55,532 bases of DNA from NCBI RefSeq assembly GCF_004010195.1, contig NC_057754.1, forward strand, positions 3,547,800 to 3,603,331, read 5' to 3'. Below the pieces are notes generated by a model. It was not told where the DNA came from. It ran no database searches and saw only the letters and a program-made list of their open reading frames with translations. Positions 35,828-48,277 of the stretch are shown piece by piece. The first letter of the stretch is position 1. Every line of letters begins with the position of its first letter. The DNA comes from Chiloscyllium plagiosum (taxonomy: Eukaryota). Both the position numbers and the translations under genes were made by a program.

Positions 35828-35900
35828 GCCAGAATAAAGAAAATAATGCAGACCGATGAGGAGATCGGAAAGGTTGCTGCTGCTGTTCCAGTGATAATCT
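35828..35900 (+). CDS. DRAP1: DRAP1 (NC2-alpha) exon 2, histone fold
   Basis: CAG acceptor, 73 nt. [24 protein letters not shown] matches the vertebrate DRAP1 motif. Missed by the ORF track. Confidence 0.96.
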
Positions 35901-36467
35901 GTATCCTTCAAGCCCTGAATCCTCCCTCCTATTTCTGAGAGGGAAAGTGCAAGGTGGTGGTGGCACACTCCCGTGGTGAACTGGGCTTGGTGTTGGTTTG
36001 ATTCCCTCTGTCCGGTTCTGCGGCAGAGGCTCCTTGCGGTGACTTTGCAGATGACCCAAAGCTGGAAGGAGAGCACATTATGAAGCTGACATAAAGGAGG
36101 CTGGAGGTTGAGTTGGTGGAGAGAGTGGGCTAAAATCGGGCAGGCAGAGTGTAACGTAGGAAAATTTACCATGCACATTGGCAGGAAGCATGGAAAAAGC
36201 AGGGTATTACTTAGTCGGAGAATGAGTGAAGTCCCGGGGCAGAGAGATCGAGGTGTGCAAATTGCAAAAGGTTAGTTTGCCATTGTAATTAAGAAAGCTA
36301 ATCAGGAGAGATTGATCATAAAACTAACAGCTTCAGGGCATTGGGAAGACCATAAAAAAAGGAGTAGGCCATTCAGCCCCTCAATGCCTGATCCACATTG
36401 TTCTTAATCCTGAGGATGGAGGCTTCGCTGACTAGGCCAGCACTCACTGCCCCATCCCCAGATGGCA

Positions 36468-36752
36468 GTTAAGAGGCATAGGTTTAGGGTGAGAGGGGAA
36501 AGATATAAAACAGACCTAAGGGGCAACTTTTTCACCCTGAGGGTGGTAAGTGTATGGAATGAGCTGCCAGAGGAAGTGGTGGAGGCTGGTACAATTGCAA
36601 CATTTAAGAGGCATTTGGGTGGGTATATGAACAGGAAGGGTTTGGAAGGATATGGACCGGGTGCTGGCAGGTGGGACTAGATTAGGTTGGGATACCAGGT
36701 CGGGTTGGAGCGAAGGGTCTGTTTCCATGCTGTACATCTCTATGACTGTATG
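36468..36752 (+). mobile_element. CR1/HER1-like 3' end
   Basis: FRVRGERYKTDLRGNFFTLRVVSVWNELPEEVVEAG. Confidence 0.85.
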
Positions 36753-36984
36753 GGTCTGGAGTCAGGTGCTGGCCAGGCCAGGTGAGAACAACTGATTCCG
36801 TCCCTATTTGTCTTTTATCAATGACAATTGACAGTGGCCTCCCCAGTCACCAATGAGCTCACTTTAAATTCATTTTTTTGTAAAAATTGAATTCATGTTT
36901 CCCATCTGCAGGATTTGAACCTGTGAGCATTAGCCTGAGTTTCTAGAGAAACCCACTCTTTCGCTCGCTCTTTTGCACTCTCTC

Positions 36985-37138
36985 TCTCGCCCACTGTCTC
37001 GCCCACTCTCTCGCCCACTCTCTCGCCCACGCTCTCGCCCACTCTCTCGCCCACGCTCTCGCCCACTCTCTCGCCCACTCTCTCGCCCACGCTCTCGCCC
37101 ACTCTCTCGCCCACGCTCTCGCCCACTCTCTCGCCCAC
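36985..37138. repeat. 12-bp repeat CTCTCGCCCAC(T/G)
   Basis: Direct inspection; runs into a gap. Confidence 0.9.
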
Positions 37139-37890
37139 NNNNNNNNNNNNNNNNNNNNNNNNNNNNNNNNNNNNNNNNNNNCTGTTGTGTCTGTCTGTCT
37201 CCCTCCTTTTCCCCCTCTCTCTCTTCCTCTTACTCCCCCTCTCTTTTTTTTTCTCTCTCTCCCTCCCCCTTTTTCTCTCTAGCGCGTGCGCTCTCTCTGT
37301 TTTCTCTCTCTCGCTCTCTCAACTTCCTCACTGGGACCACTGCCCACATTCTCTGCAGCAAATGTGTTACATTTAAGGCTCCACGCTTTCTCAAAGCAGT
37401 AGGCGCGGGTACAGTTATAAAGTTTAAACTGACATTTGGATAAGGACATGAATAGGAAACGTTTGAGGGGGGGGGGGGGGAAATATTGGCCAGGAGCAGT
37501 CAGGCGGGATGAGTTTCGCTTGGGATTATGGTCAGCATAGACTGGTCGGACCGAAGGGTCTGTGTCTGTGCTGTGTGACAGGGAGAGGGAAGCTATTCTT
37601 CCATGAGCATTGGGAACTGTCTGTCTCAGGTTGTGTTGAGAACAGGGCTCGTTGACTAGATTCAGATGGCGGTAGATTGAATTCCTTGGTGAACAAGAAT
37701 CGAAGTTAAGAGGTTAGACAGCAGCCTGGAATTTGGAACGTGCAACGATCAGTCAGTCCCTTCCCAGCCCAGTGAAGTGTGCTGTCCAACCCATGGGTGT
37801 TGCCTCACACTGTCTCTCAGAGCCCACGGGGTTGGGGAGAGCGTCCTCCTTTAACGTCCGGAAAGGATTCCTTGACTCGCTAGTGGTCAG

Positions 37891-37984
37891 CCCGAGCCCT
37901 GGAGCTGTTCCTGGATTCTTTACTGACCAAGGCCTGCCATGTGACCCAGTCGCGAAACGCCAAGACCATGACCACGTCTCACCT
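37891..37984 (+). CDS. DRAP1: DRAP1 exon 3
   Basis: 94 nt, phase 1-2, GTAAG donor. (S)[30 protein letters not shown]. Confidence 0.96.
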
Positions 37985-38264
37985 GTAAGAGAAACCGCGC
38001 ACGTGCGACACTCTCGCCCGTTTCCGTCAGCAACCTGTGTGACCGCCCTTTGGCATAATCGGTTCTGGGTACCCCGTCCAGTGCTGCCGAGATTGGGCTG
38101 TTCCCCACCAGACCTCGCCCATCCATCAGCAGCTGGCAGGATACCGGGCCATAACAGATCGACCAGGCGATGTTTCATGCCAGACCTGGACTCCAGAGAC
38201 TCCGTGACAAACGCCTGGGCTTACACTGGGGACAGCAAAGAATGAGGCTTCAGCATTGACGGTA

Positions 38265-40110
38265 CAGAGTAGAGAGAGCTTTACTCTGTATCTAACCCCA
38301 TGCTGTCCCTGTCCTGGGAGTGTTTGATGGGGGACAGTGTAGAGGGAGCTTTACTCTGTACCTAACCCCGTGCTGGCCCTGTCCCTGGGGAGTGTTTGAT
38401 GGGGGACAGTGTAGAGAGAGCTTTACTGTGTATCTAACCCTGTGCTGTCCCTGTCCTGGGGAGTGTTTGATGGGGGACGGTGTAGAGGGAGCTTTACTCT
38501 GTATCTAACCCCATGCTGTCCCTGTCCTGGGTAGGGTTTGGTGGGGGACAATGTAGAAGGGAGCTTTACTCTGTATCTAACCCCATGCTGTCCCTGTCCT
38601 GGGAGTATTTGATGGGGGGACAGTGTAGAGGGAGCATTACTCTGTATCTAACCCGTGCTGTCCCTGTCCTGGGAGTGTTTGATGGGGGACAGTGTAGAGA
38701 GAGCTTTACTCTGTATCTAACTCCGTGCTGGCCCTGTCCTGGGGAGTGTTTGATGGGGACAAGTGTAGAGTGAGCTTTACCCTGTATCTAACTCCGTGCT
38801 GGCCCTGTCCTGGGGAGTGTTTGATGGGGACAGTGTAAATAGAGCTTTACTGTGTATCTAACCCTGTGCCGTCCCTGTCCTGGGAGTGTTTGATGGGGGA
38901 CAGTGTAGAGGGAGGTTTTCTCCATTTCTAACCCCATGCTGTCCCTGTCCTGGGTAGGGTTTGGTGGGGGACAATGTAGAGGGAGCTTTACTCTGTATCT
39001 AACCCCATGCTGTTCCTGTCCTGGGAGTGTTTGATGGGGGACAGTGTAGAGGGAGCTTTACCCTGTATCTAACTCCGTGCTGGCCCTGTCCTGGGAAGTG
39101 TTTGATGGGGGGCAGTGTAGAGGGAGCTTTACTCTGTATCTAACCCCATGCTGTCCCTGTCCTGGGAGTGTTTGATGGGGGACAGTGTAGAGAGAGCTTT
39201 ACTNNNNNNNNNNNNNNNNNNNNNNNNNNNNNNNNNNNNNNNNNNNNNNNNNNNNNNNNNNNNNNNNNNNNNNNNNNNNNNNNNNNNNNNNNNNNNNNNN
39301 NNNNNNNNNNNNNNNNNNNNNNNNNNNNNNNNNNNNNNNNNNNNNNNNNNNNNNNNNNNNNNNNNNNNNNNNNNNNNNNNNNNNNNNNNNNNNNNNNNNN
39401 NNNNNNNNNNNNNNNNNNNNNNNNNNNNNNNNNNNNNNNNNNNNNNNNNNNNNNNNNNNNNNNNNNNNNNNNNNNNNNNNNNNNNNNNNNNNNNNNNNNN
39501 NNNNNNNNGGGGGACAGTGTAGAGGGAGTTTTACTCTGTATCTAACCCTGTGCTGTCCCTGTCCCTGGGAGTGTTTGATGTGGGACAGTGTAGAGGGAGC
39601 TTTACTCTGTATCTAACTCTGTGCTGTCCCTGTCCTGGGAGTGTTTGATGGGGGACAGTGTAGAGTGAGCTTTACTCTGTATCTAACCCCGTGCTGTCCC
39701 TGTCCTTGGGAGTGTTTGATGGGGGACAGTGTAGAGGGAGCTTTACTCTGTATCTAACCCCGTGCTGTCCCTGTCCTGGGAGGGTTTGATGGGGGACAGT
39801 GTAGAGGGAGCTTTACTCTGTATCTAACCCTGTGCTGTCCCTGTCCCTGGGGGTGCTTGATGGGGGGACAGTGTAGAGGGAGCTTTACTCTGTATCTAAC
39901 CCCGTGCTGTCCCTGTCCTGGGGAGTGTTTGATGGGGGACAGTGTAGAGAGAGCTTTACTCTGTATCTAACCCCGTGCTGTCCCAGTCCTGGGGGGTGAT
40001 TGATGGAGGACAGTGTAGAGGGAGCTTTACTCTGTATCTAACCCCATGCTGTCCCTGTCATGGGGGGTGATTGATGGGGGTTTACTTTGTGACGGAGCTT
40101 TACTCTGTTA
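38265..40110 (+). repeat. 70-bp minisatellite family A, array 4 (contains gap)
   Basis: About 25 copies filling DRAP1 intron 3. Confidence 0.95.
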
Positions 40111-40208
40111 TTAACAGTGCTGTTCCTTCCCCTGTGGGTGGTTGATGGGATAATGCAGTGAAGACACAGCAGAGCTTTAAACTGACTTTCTGATATGTTT
40201 GTCTCCAG

Positions 40209-40328
40209 GAAGCAGTGCATTGAGTTGGAGCAGCAGTTTGATTTCTTGAAGGATCTGGTAGCCTCTGTGCCAGACATGCAGGGCGATAATGAGGACAACC
40301 ACATGGAAGGTGACAAGACCCCGCGGAG
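40209..40328 (+). CDS. DRAP1: DRAP1 exon 4
   Basis: CAG/GTAGGT, 120 nt, phase 2-2. [39 protein letters not shown]. Confidence 0.96.
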
Positions 40329-40959
40329 GTAGGTACCGAGACATGAACGACCAGTCATCAACCAGAAAGCCCCAGGCTCTCCTCTGGATTGGGTAACGCC
40401 CCCCAGAACACACCCACTGCAATGACCCACATTCCATCGCTGGCTGGGCCCAGCACTTATTGCCCATCCCTAATTGCCCCTGGTGAAGGTGGTGTGTGGA
40501 GCTGTCACCTTGAAGCGCTGCAGTCCACATGTCGCAGAGACACCCACACCGTGCCCCTTCGGGAGGGAGTTCCGGGATTCCGACCTGAAGGATCGGCGCT
40601 AGATGTCCCGGTCAAGATGGTGTTCTCAAATACCTGCTGCCCCATCTAGATGGTAGAGGTTGAGAGGTTGGAAGGTGCGGTCTGAGGAACCTTGGTGAAT
40701 TTCTGCAGATAGTGTACACTGCTGCACTGTCGGTGGTGGAGGGAGTGGATGTGGTGCCAATCCAATGGGCTGCTTTGTCCTGGCCGGTGTCCTCCACCTG
40801 CCACTGCTCCTTATCTGTCTACATCCTCCACACATCATGTTCACAATACACTTCCCTTCTATCTTTGCGTTATCTACAATTTCGAATTAAAAGCTGTGTA
40901 ATGGCAACTGTCCTCATCTGGTTTACTGATGTTCTTTAGGGGACAGGAAGGTGCTGTCC

Positions 40960-41935
40960 TTGCCCAGTCCATGTTGCTCATAATCCCCAAACTAAACTAG
41001 TCCCTCACCTGCCTGCTCCCGACCCATATCCCTCCAAAATCTTTTTTAAATTCATGTACTTGTCCAACTGTCTTTTAAACACTTTACCCACATCCACAAC
41101 TCCTTCCGGAAGTTCATCCCACACACTCACCACTCTCTGTAAGAAAATTGACCGTTGTGCCTTCCTTTTTACATCTTTCTCCTCTCGCCTTGAAAATATG
41201 CCCTGTAGTCATGAAATCCCCCAGAAAAGACACTTGTCGTTCAACTTATCTGTATCCCTCAAGATTTTATAAACCTCGATAAGGTCACCTCTCAGTGAAA
41301 AAAGTCCCAGCCTATTCAGCCTCTCCTCATAACTCAACCCCTCCATTCCCGGCAACATCCTGGTAAATCTCTTCTGAAACCCTCTCCAGTTTAATAATAT
41401 CCTTCCTATAACAGGGCGACCAGAACTGGACTCGGAACTCCTGAAGAGGCCTCACCAACGTCCTGTACAACCTCAACATATTGTCCCAACTCCTGTACTC
41501 AAAAGGTCTGAGCAATGAAGGCAAGTGTACTAAACGCCTTCTTAACCACCCTCTCTATATGTGATGGAAACTTTGAAGAATTATGTACCTAAGCCCCGAG
41601 GTCTCTCTGTTCTACAACACTACCCAAGGCCCTAGTTTAATTATACAAGTCCTGCCCTTGTGTGTTTTACCAAAATGCAATATCTCACATTTATCCAAAT
41701 GAAACTGCTAGTCTTCAGCTTATTGACCCAAATTGATCAAATTCTCTTTGTAATCTTAGATAACCTTCTACACTCTGCCACAAATTTTGGTATCATCCCC
41801 AAACTTAGTCACCATGCCTTCTATATTCTCATCTAAATCGTTTATATAAACGACAAACAGTGGGCCCAGCTCCGATCCGTGTGGAACACCACTGGTTACA
41901 GACCTCCAGTCTGAAAAGCGAACCTGCACTATGCC
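40960..41935 (-). mobile_element. CR1-like LINE ORF2 3' fragment
   Basis: LYRTLVRPLQEFRVQFWSPCYRKDIIKLERV; GDDTKI RT motif near 41790. Confidence 0.85.
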
Positions 41936-42159
41936 TCTCTGTCTCTATACGTGAACTCCGGGCCTCCAGCAATGTGGCCGACTCTCAACTGCTCTCTGAA
42001 ATGGTCTAGCAAGCATGCTCGGTTCACTAGCAATTGAGACGGGCAATGAATGCTCGCCTAGTCAGAAACACTCTCAATGCTGGCACAGATACGAGAGAGA
42101 CGTTGGGGCCTCAGCAGTGGTCACATCCTTGAGCATCAGTGGGCGATGGTTTGATTCTC

Positions 42160-42861
42160 TCTTATGGACCAGACCGAACCCCCCTCAAAAATATATCAAG
42201 GAGATTGCCTAGACACTAACTTTTATCTTATTTAAGGTAAGGTGCAGTGTTCCAGATTAAATTGATCAAACTACTAAGCTTTAAAAGCAAAGTAGATTGT
42301 GTTCCTGTACCACTGTTAAAATACCAAAAATGACTGGCATAACTTTATTAATAGTCTTATTACTACTCATTATTACTTTTACTACTCTTTATCACTACTC
42401 GTCAACTATTCCCATACAGCGTCATCCCATAAACACACCCTTGGCAAAGGCAAATTCAGCGAAAACAGATTTCCCTCCCCACCTAGCTCGCAGTTAGAGA
42501 GAGTGGAGTTGTGACCAGGATAAGATCATGTTAAATGGGTGAGCGAGCTCAAAGGGCTGAATTGCCTACTCCTGCTCCTAGTTCCGGTGCTCCTCCAGTC
42601 CCAGAGAAGGAACACTGACAGAAGGAATCTGGCAGCAGAGAGAGAGCTGTATCTAGCAGCATCAACTCCCAAAGAAAGCCAGCTTCACCAACTGAAAGCC
42701 AAACTAAACCCCTGGGCTGTGGGAGCCTGACTCCATCCACTCTTTAATTAAAAAAAAACCAAAGCTATCCACTGAGCAGACAGCTAGTGACCAAGTTTGC
42801 AAAAGCCATCTTCAAGAGAACAGAACAGGACCAATCCCTCATGAAGGCACAGATTGTCACA
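42160..42861 (-). mobile_element. Possible solo LTR (with a small CR1-tail insert)
   Basis: Minus strand begins TGTGACA; shares CCTGG..CTGTGGGAGC.TGA with the LTR-side sequence of the Gypsy element at ~50495. The other terminus is imperfect. Confidence 0.4.
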
Positions 42862-42929
42862 TCTCTCTTGTTGGAGACTGTCAAAACTGATTTGCCATGG
42901 GCACTGGGTGAAGTTTGAGCTCTTAATAT

Positions 42930-43303
42930 ATACACACAGACACACGTAGACAGAGGGATAGACACGCATGTGCACACACCCACATGTGCACATTCAGACA
43001 GGCACGCACGTGCACACAGGTGGACACACACTCAGGCAGGGACACATGCGCACACACATATGGGGGTGCGCACACAGACAAGGACACATGGACATATAGA
43101 GACAGGGACATGCATGCACGTGCATGCACACACAGACGGGGACACATAGGCAGGGACACAGACTGGGATGGACGTACACACAGACGGGCACACACAGACT
43201 AGGACATACACACATGGGGGTGACATACAGGACACACAGAGACATACGTGCACGCGTGTGCACGCGCACACAAACGGTCAGATGCGTGCACATGGACAGA
43301 CAC
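42930..43303. repeat. Degenerate CA-rich simple repeat
   Basis: Direct inspection. Confidence 0.85.
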
Positions 43304-43345
43304 TTTTTAGTGGTTGATTGCGCCCACATTTCTGTCTTTGCTCAG

Positions 43346-43448
43346 GGGGAGGAAGCCCGGATCCGGACGGAGGAACACAAATGGAGGAGCGGGGCCGGGG
43401 CCTAAAGCCAAGGACAGGAAGCAGTCCAGCACGGAATCAGAGCAGGAG
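43346..43448 (+). CDS. DRAP1: DRAP1 exon 5
   Basis: CAG/GTGAGT, 103 nt, phase 2-0. GRKPGSGRRNTNGGAGPGPKAKDRKQSSTESEQE. Confidence 0.93.
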
Positions 43449-43775
43449 GTGAGTGTCAGGGGCAGGGCGGAGGGGGGTGTCAGGCGTTTGCACCCCCCCC
43501 CCCCCCCCCCCCACCCAAGGTCTGACCCTGCTGTGATGGGCCATGCCCCCGTGTGCCCAGAAACTCCAGCTGCGGTCGCCCTGTGCCCAGAAAAGCTACA
43601 GTGCTAATTCCCCACCGCCCGTGCCTCAGCGCACTATCCCAAACCCCACTCCGTGCGGAGGGGGTAACCGCGGCGACTGGGCTTTCCGTTCCCTGCGTCC
43701 GTGTGCTGTCTCCTTTGTCGAGAGAGCCCTCCTCCTCACAACCTCGTGTAATCCACTCCTGCTTCTCACCTACAG

Positions 43776-43855
43776 GAAGAGTCGGAGGACAGCGAGACGG
43801 ACGAAGAGGAGGCATCCCGGTCCAGCGCAGATAAGCCCGGATGCCAGGTCCAGAG
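43776..43855 (+). CDS. DRAP1: DRAP1 exon 6 (acidic)
   Basis: CAG/GTGAG, 80 nt, phase 0-2. EESEDSETDEEEASRSSADKPGCQVQ. Confidence 0.9.
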
Positions 43856-44129
43856 GTGAGGCACTCCCCGGGAGGAGGGACAGAGAGACATGGGTGGGTG
43901 GGATTGTCGGCATGGACTCGGGTAGAGGGCAAAGGCATGGCAGCAGCTCGGTTCAGCAGGAAGAGCAGAGCATTAATTAAGTAGAGAGAGAGACTGCAGA
44001 AGACTGGCACAGAGGCATCCTGGTGCATGAATCACAAAAGGGTTAGTATGCCAATGCAGCAAGTCTTTAGAGAGGCAGAAGGGGGATAGTGACCTTTATT
44101 GCGAAGGGAAGGAATTAATAGGTGGGAGT

Positions 44130-45595
44130 GGGGAGGGGTGATCTTTCTCTCGGTTTACAAAATTGTGAAGGGCACAGATAAGGTCAACAGCCAAAGGTCG
44201 TTTCCCTTTGGAGAGGGGGGGAGAGAGGAGAGAGAGTTTGGAATGAGAGAGGAAAGATTTAAAAAGGACACGAGGGGTAACGTTTTCACGTGGGCGAGGC
44301 GGTTCGCGTGTGGAATCAACTTCCTGATGAAGTGGCGCATGCAGGTGCAGCTACAATGTTGAGAGGATGTTTGGAGAGTTACATGAATAGGAGAGGTCTT
44401 GAGGGATGCAGGCCAAACACAGGCAACTGGGGCCAGTTTGGTTTACTTTGGGAAACTTATGGACGAGTTGGACCGAAGGGTCTGTTTCTGTGCTTATACG
44501 ACGCTACGAAAATTTGGAAGCCTCGCTACAAGTTTAGCGTTTTAAGTGCCGTGTGCGGCTCTGGTCTCCTGACTGCAGGAGGGGGTGTGCTGGCATTAGA
44601 AGCAGGGCAGAAAACATTCACATGGCTGATTCCTGCTTGGAGGGTTTTGCCTTATGAAGCACGCTGGCACCTGGGCTCCCGGGAGCGTATATGATCGAGA
44701 GGTTACTTGTGAAGATTCTGAGGGGCCCTGACAGGGCTGGGGCTACCCTTCCTTGGCGGGAATCTTCGTTCAGAGTGGAGGTGTCTCGCGTTTGAGGTGA
44801 TGAGGGACGACTTTTCAGCCTCAGCGAGTCGTTTTGTGTGTGTGGCGTTCAGAGAGCAGAAGAGCAGAAGTAGCCGGGCCAATCAGCATGTTCAAGGCCA
44901 GGCAGACTTTTGATTGTCTCGGGTAACGTGGGAGGTGTCGCAGAGAGGAACTTGGGAGTTGGAACCACTGTCAGCTCAGCCACGGCCTTCCTCTGTGCTT
45001 TGATTCCCGCACCGATAAGCAGCAGTCTCCTGTCGATGCTGAGGGAGTGCTCCACCATTGGACGATGCTATCTGCTCAATGAGACACTGCCACTTGAGGC
45101 GGGTGTAATCTCTCTCCATGTTTCATGCAGGCCAGCGGAGACTTCTCCAGTGCCCTGGGCTCCTGATTTCGGCAATGGCAGGTTTGAGTTCTAAGGAGAG
45201 GCTGAGGCTTTTATTTTTAAACTGGAGCATCGAAGGTTGAGGGGCAACCTAATAGAGGTTTATTAGATGATGAGGATGCATGGATAGGGTGAACAGCAGG
45301 TGTCTTTTCCCTAGGGTGGGCGATTTTGAGACAAGGGGGCGTATTTTTTAAGGTAAAGGGTGAAAGACTTTAAAAAGATATGAGGGGCAACTTTTTTTTA
45401 ACACAGTGGAATGAACTTCCAGAGGAAGTGGCGGATGTTACAATGTTTAAAAGACATTGGGATAAGCAAATGAATAGGAAAGATTTGGAAGGATATGGGC
45501 CAGGAGCAGGCAGTGGGACTAGTTTAGTTTGGGATTATGGTCGGCATGGACTGGTTGGACGAAGGGTCTGTTTCACTGCTGTGAGACTCCATTCA
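44130..45595 (+). mobile_element. Cluster of decayed CR1-like 3' fragments
   Basis: VRVWNQLPDEV and MRGNFF..WNELPEEVAD motifs. Confidence 0.7.
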
Positions 45596-46067
45596 GGCTA
45601 GGACTCGACTCTGGAGGGTCACCAGACAGATCACTGGTATGACGGGATTGTCCATGAGGAAAGGTTGAGGAGACCAGGCCTGTGTTTCGGAGACTGAGAG
45701 GTGGTCTGACTGAAACGTGCGAATCTGGTACAGGCCCAGGTCAGGGGGCAATGCAGGAAGGAGAAAACCCTCCCCTCCTCCATCTCCTGCCTTTAGCTGG
45801 GGAATGGGCCGAGACCCAGCTGGGGGAGTCTGTGGGGAGGGGCAGAGACACAGGCTCAGGAGAAGGGGTTGGCCATTTTGAGGCCGAGATAAGGAGGAGT
45901 TTCGTCAACCAGAGGAAGAGATGGAGAGGTTTTGAGATATTAAAGATATCGCGGGATGGTGCGGGGAAATGGTGCTGAGGTCGAAGGTCAGCCATGAGGG
46001 ACAACAGCAGTTAGGTCAGAGGGGCTGAGTGGCCTACTCCTCCTTATGACCTACGTTCCTGTGATCG

Positions 46068-46720
46068 AGGTCTTTATTGTCACATGTACCAAGGCACGGT
46101 GGAAAGTTTTGCACGCTGTACAGACAGATCGTACCACACAAAGTGGGTCAGGGTAGCAGAACAGTCTGCAGAATACAGTGTTACAGCCACACAGAGAGAG
46201 AGAGAGACAGAGAGAAAGAAAGATCAGAGCTACCATTTGAGTGATATTCAGAAGTCTGAATACAGCCAGTCTGCAGAATACAGTGTTAGTGTTACAGCCA
46301 CACAGAGAGAGACAGAGAGAAAGAAAGAAAGAAAGATCAGAGCTACCATTTGAGTGATATTCAGAAGTCTGAATACAGCAGGGAAGAAGCTGTTCTTGAA
46401 TCTATTTGGTGTATTCAAACTTTTATATCTTCTGCCCGACGGACCAGGGTGCAAGAGAGTGTAACTGTGGCGGGAGGGGTCGTTGATGATGTCGAGGTAG
46501 CGGGAAGTGTAGGTGGAGTCAGTGGATGAGAGGTTGGTTTATGTGATGGACTGGGCTGTGTTCACAGCGCCCTGTCGTTTCTCACGGTCCTGGGCACGGC
46601 AGTTACCGTACCAGGCTGTGGTGCACCCGGATAGAACGCTTTCTTTGGCGCGTCTGCAAGCGATCTTTTAAGGTTGCGAAGGGAGTCTGCACAAGATGGA
46701 TGCTTTCTCGCAGACGAGGC
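46068..46720 (-). mobile_element. Rex1/Babar-type LINE 3' fragment with an internal ~100-bp duplication
   Basis: PSGRRYKSLNTPNRFKNSFFPAVFRLLN; CAGTCTGCAGAATACAGTGTTA..TCAGAAGTCTGAATACAGC occurs twice. Confidence 0.7.
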
Positions 46721-47748
46721 TGGAACTTGGGGGCAGCCGATGGAGGGCGAGCCGCTGCTTGATCCGATTGGCAATCCAGCAAGAATGTCTTCACCCAGAG
46801 AGTAGGGAGTGTGTGCCACCCCTTCACACTGGGAGTAAACGAGGGGAGTAATATGGGGGGGGGGGCGGGGGGGGGAGCTGTGAACCCTGTTAGGTTGGCT
46901 CAAATTGAGAGGGTTGGATTATGAGGAGAGATAGAGTAGACTGAGGCTACCACTCATTGGAAGTTAGAAGAATGAGGAGGGGGGGTGATCTTATACAAAT
47001 ATCATTACCGGGGGAGTGGATAAGATAGAAGCAGGGAGGTTGTTTCCATTGGTGGGTGAAACTAGAACTAGGGGACATCGCCTCAAAATAAGAGGGGAGC
47101 AAGATGAACCTGAGTAGGGGCGTACGATTTTTTTTGCCAAGATTTGTACTCTAATTGTAAGTTTAATCGCTGAGGAGGGACTTATTCACTCTAAAGGTTG
47201 TGATTCTGTGCAAATCCCTGCCCAATGAAGCAGTTGAGGTTACCTCGCTGACTGCTTTTAAGGCAAAGATAGCTTTCTGAACAGCGAAAGGGTTAAGGAT
47301 TTGGGCGGGCGGGCAGGTAAGTGGAGCTGGAAAGATCAGCCGCGATCTTACTGAATGGCGGGGCAGGCTGGAGGGGCCGAATGGCCGTCTCCACTTCCTA
47401 GGAAGGCTGGCCGGACCCCCAAGGCGACTGCTGCTCTCTCCTCGCTGACGCTGTCAGACAGCCCCGTCGATTTTCCAGCAGTTTCCGCCTTCGTTTCTGA
47501 CTTGCTCCTGCTTCCCGTTTCGTGAGGACCCACGAGGGAGGGAGGACCGGGGAGACTGGGTAAGGCGGAGGATTGGGAGGGGTTCGGTTCCTGTGGAGCA
47601 GCAGAGCCAGCGCCGGGCAGATGGGCTGAACGGCCTGTTTCCGGGGCGTTCAGTTGGCGTGACGTTGTCAACTCGCGGTGGGTTGGGGGGGGGAGGCCCT
47701 GAGGCTGCGAAAGGTGTAAACCCCAGGCCCTGTCTCGTTTTCCCGCAG

Positions 47749-47884
47749 CCCCCGGTCAGTCTTCAGCAGTCCGCTGCCAGCCTTGCCCGTGCCGACCTGC
47801 TCGCCGGCGCTGGGCAACCTGCCGATGCCCGCGGCCACCCCGATGTGTCAAGATGGCGGAGAGGATGATGACTATGACTCCTAG
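47749..47884 (+). CDS. DRAP1: DRAP1 terminal coding exon 7
   Basis: CAG acceptor, phase 2. Pro-rich, ends GGEDDDYDS then TAG, matching the DYDS C-terminus of DRAP1. Confidence 0.93.
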
Positions 47885-48277
47885 CTTCGCGTCTCGCTAC
47901 CGGCTGGTGGTAGAAGAGGATAAAAATGGGGGTTTTATTCAGTTTGTGGGCGCGTGTGTTTATGTATATGTGTGTGTGTGTGTGTGTGTGCGCGTGCATG
48001 TGTGCGTGTGCTGTTTACTTTCAAGATTTATTTTTTCATATCCGGGGGCAGAGTATCGTGAGGGGGGTGGGTGGGAATGGGGATGGTGGGTTGGCTTTGA
48101 TTGGGGGGGGGGGGTTACAGTCATCCAGGAGTTTCGTTTTTTTTCCCCCTTTTCTCTCGCCTCGTTTTATTTACTGCGCCCAGGTCGCAGCTCTTAAACC
48201 GTTTTATCCCCCTCGCTTTGTCTCTCGTGTGCATGGAGTATCTGCCCCACCACCTCGCCCTCGCTCCCCCTCCCCAA

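Larger units (their letters stand above)
35901..37890 (+). other. DRAP1: U12-type (minor spliceosome) GT-AG intron of DRAP1
   Basis: 5' splice site GTATCCTTC; branch site TTCCTTGAC at 37868-37876, 15 nt before the AG; no pyrimidine tract. Confidence 0.93.

Noticed and set aside
37733..38245. 170-aa plus ORF overlapping DRAP1 exon 3
   Set aside because: It is a different frame from the conserved DRAP1 reading and has no recognisable content.
42765..43329. Cys/Val-rich and His/Thr-rich ORFs
   Set aside because: They are translations of a degenerate CA/TG repeat.
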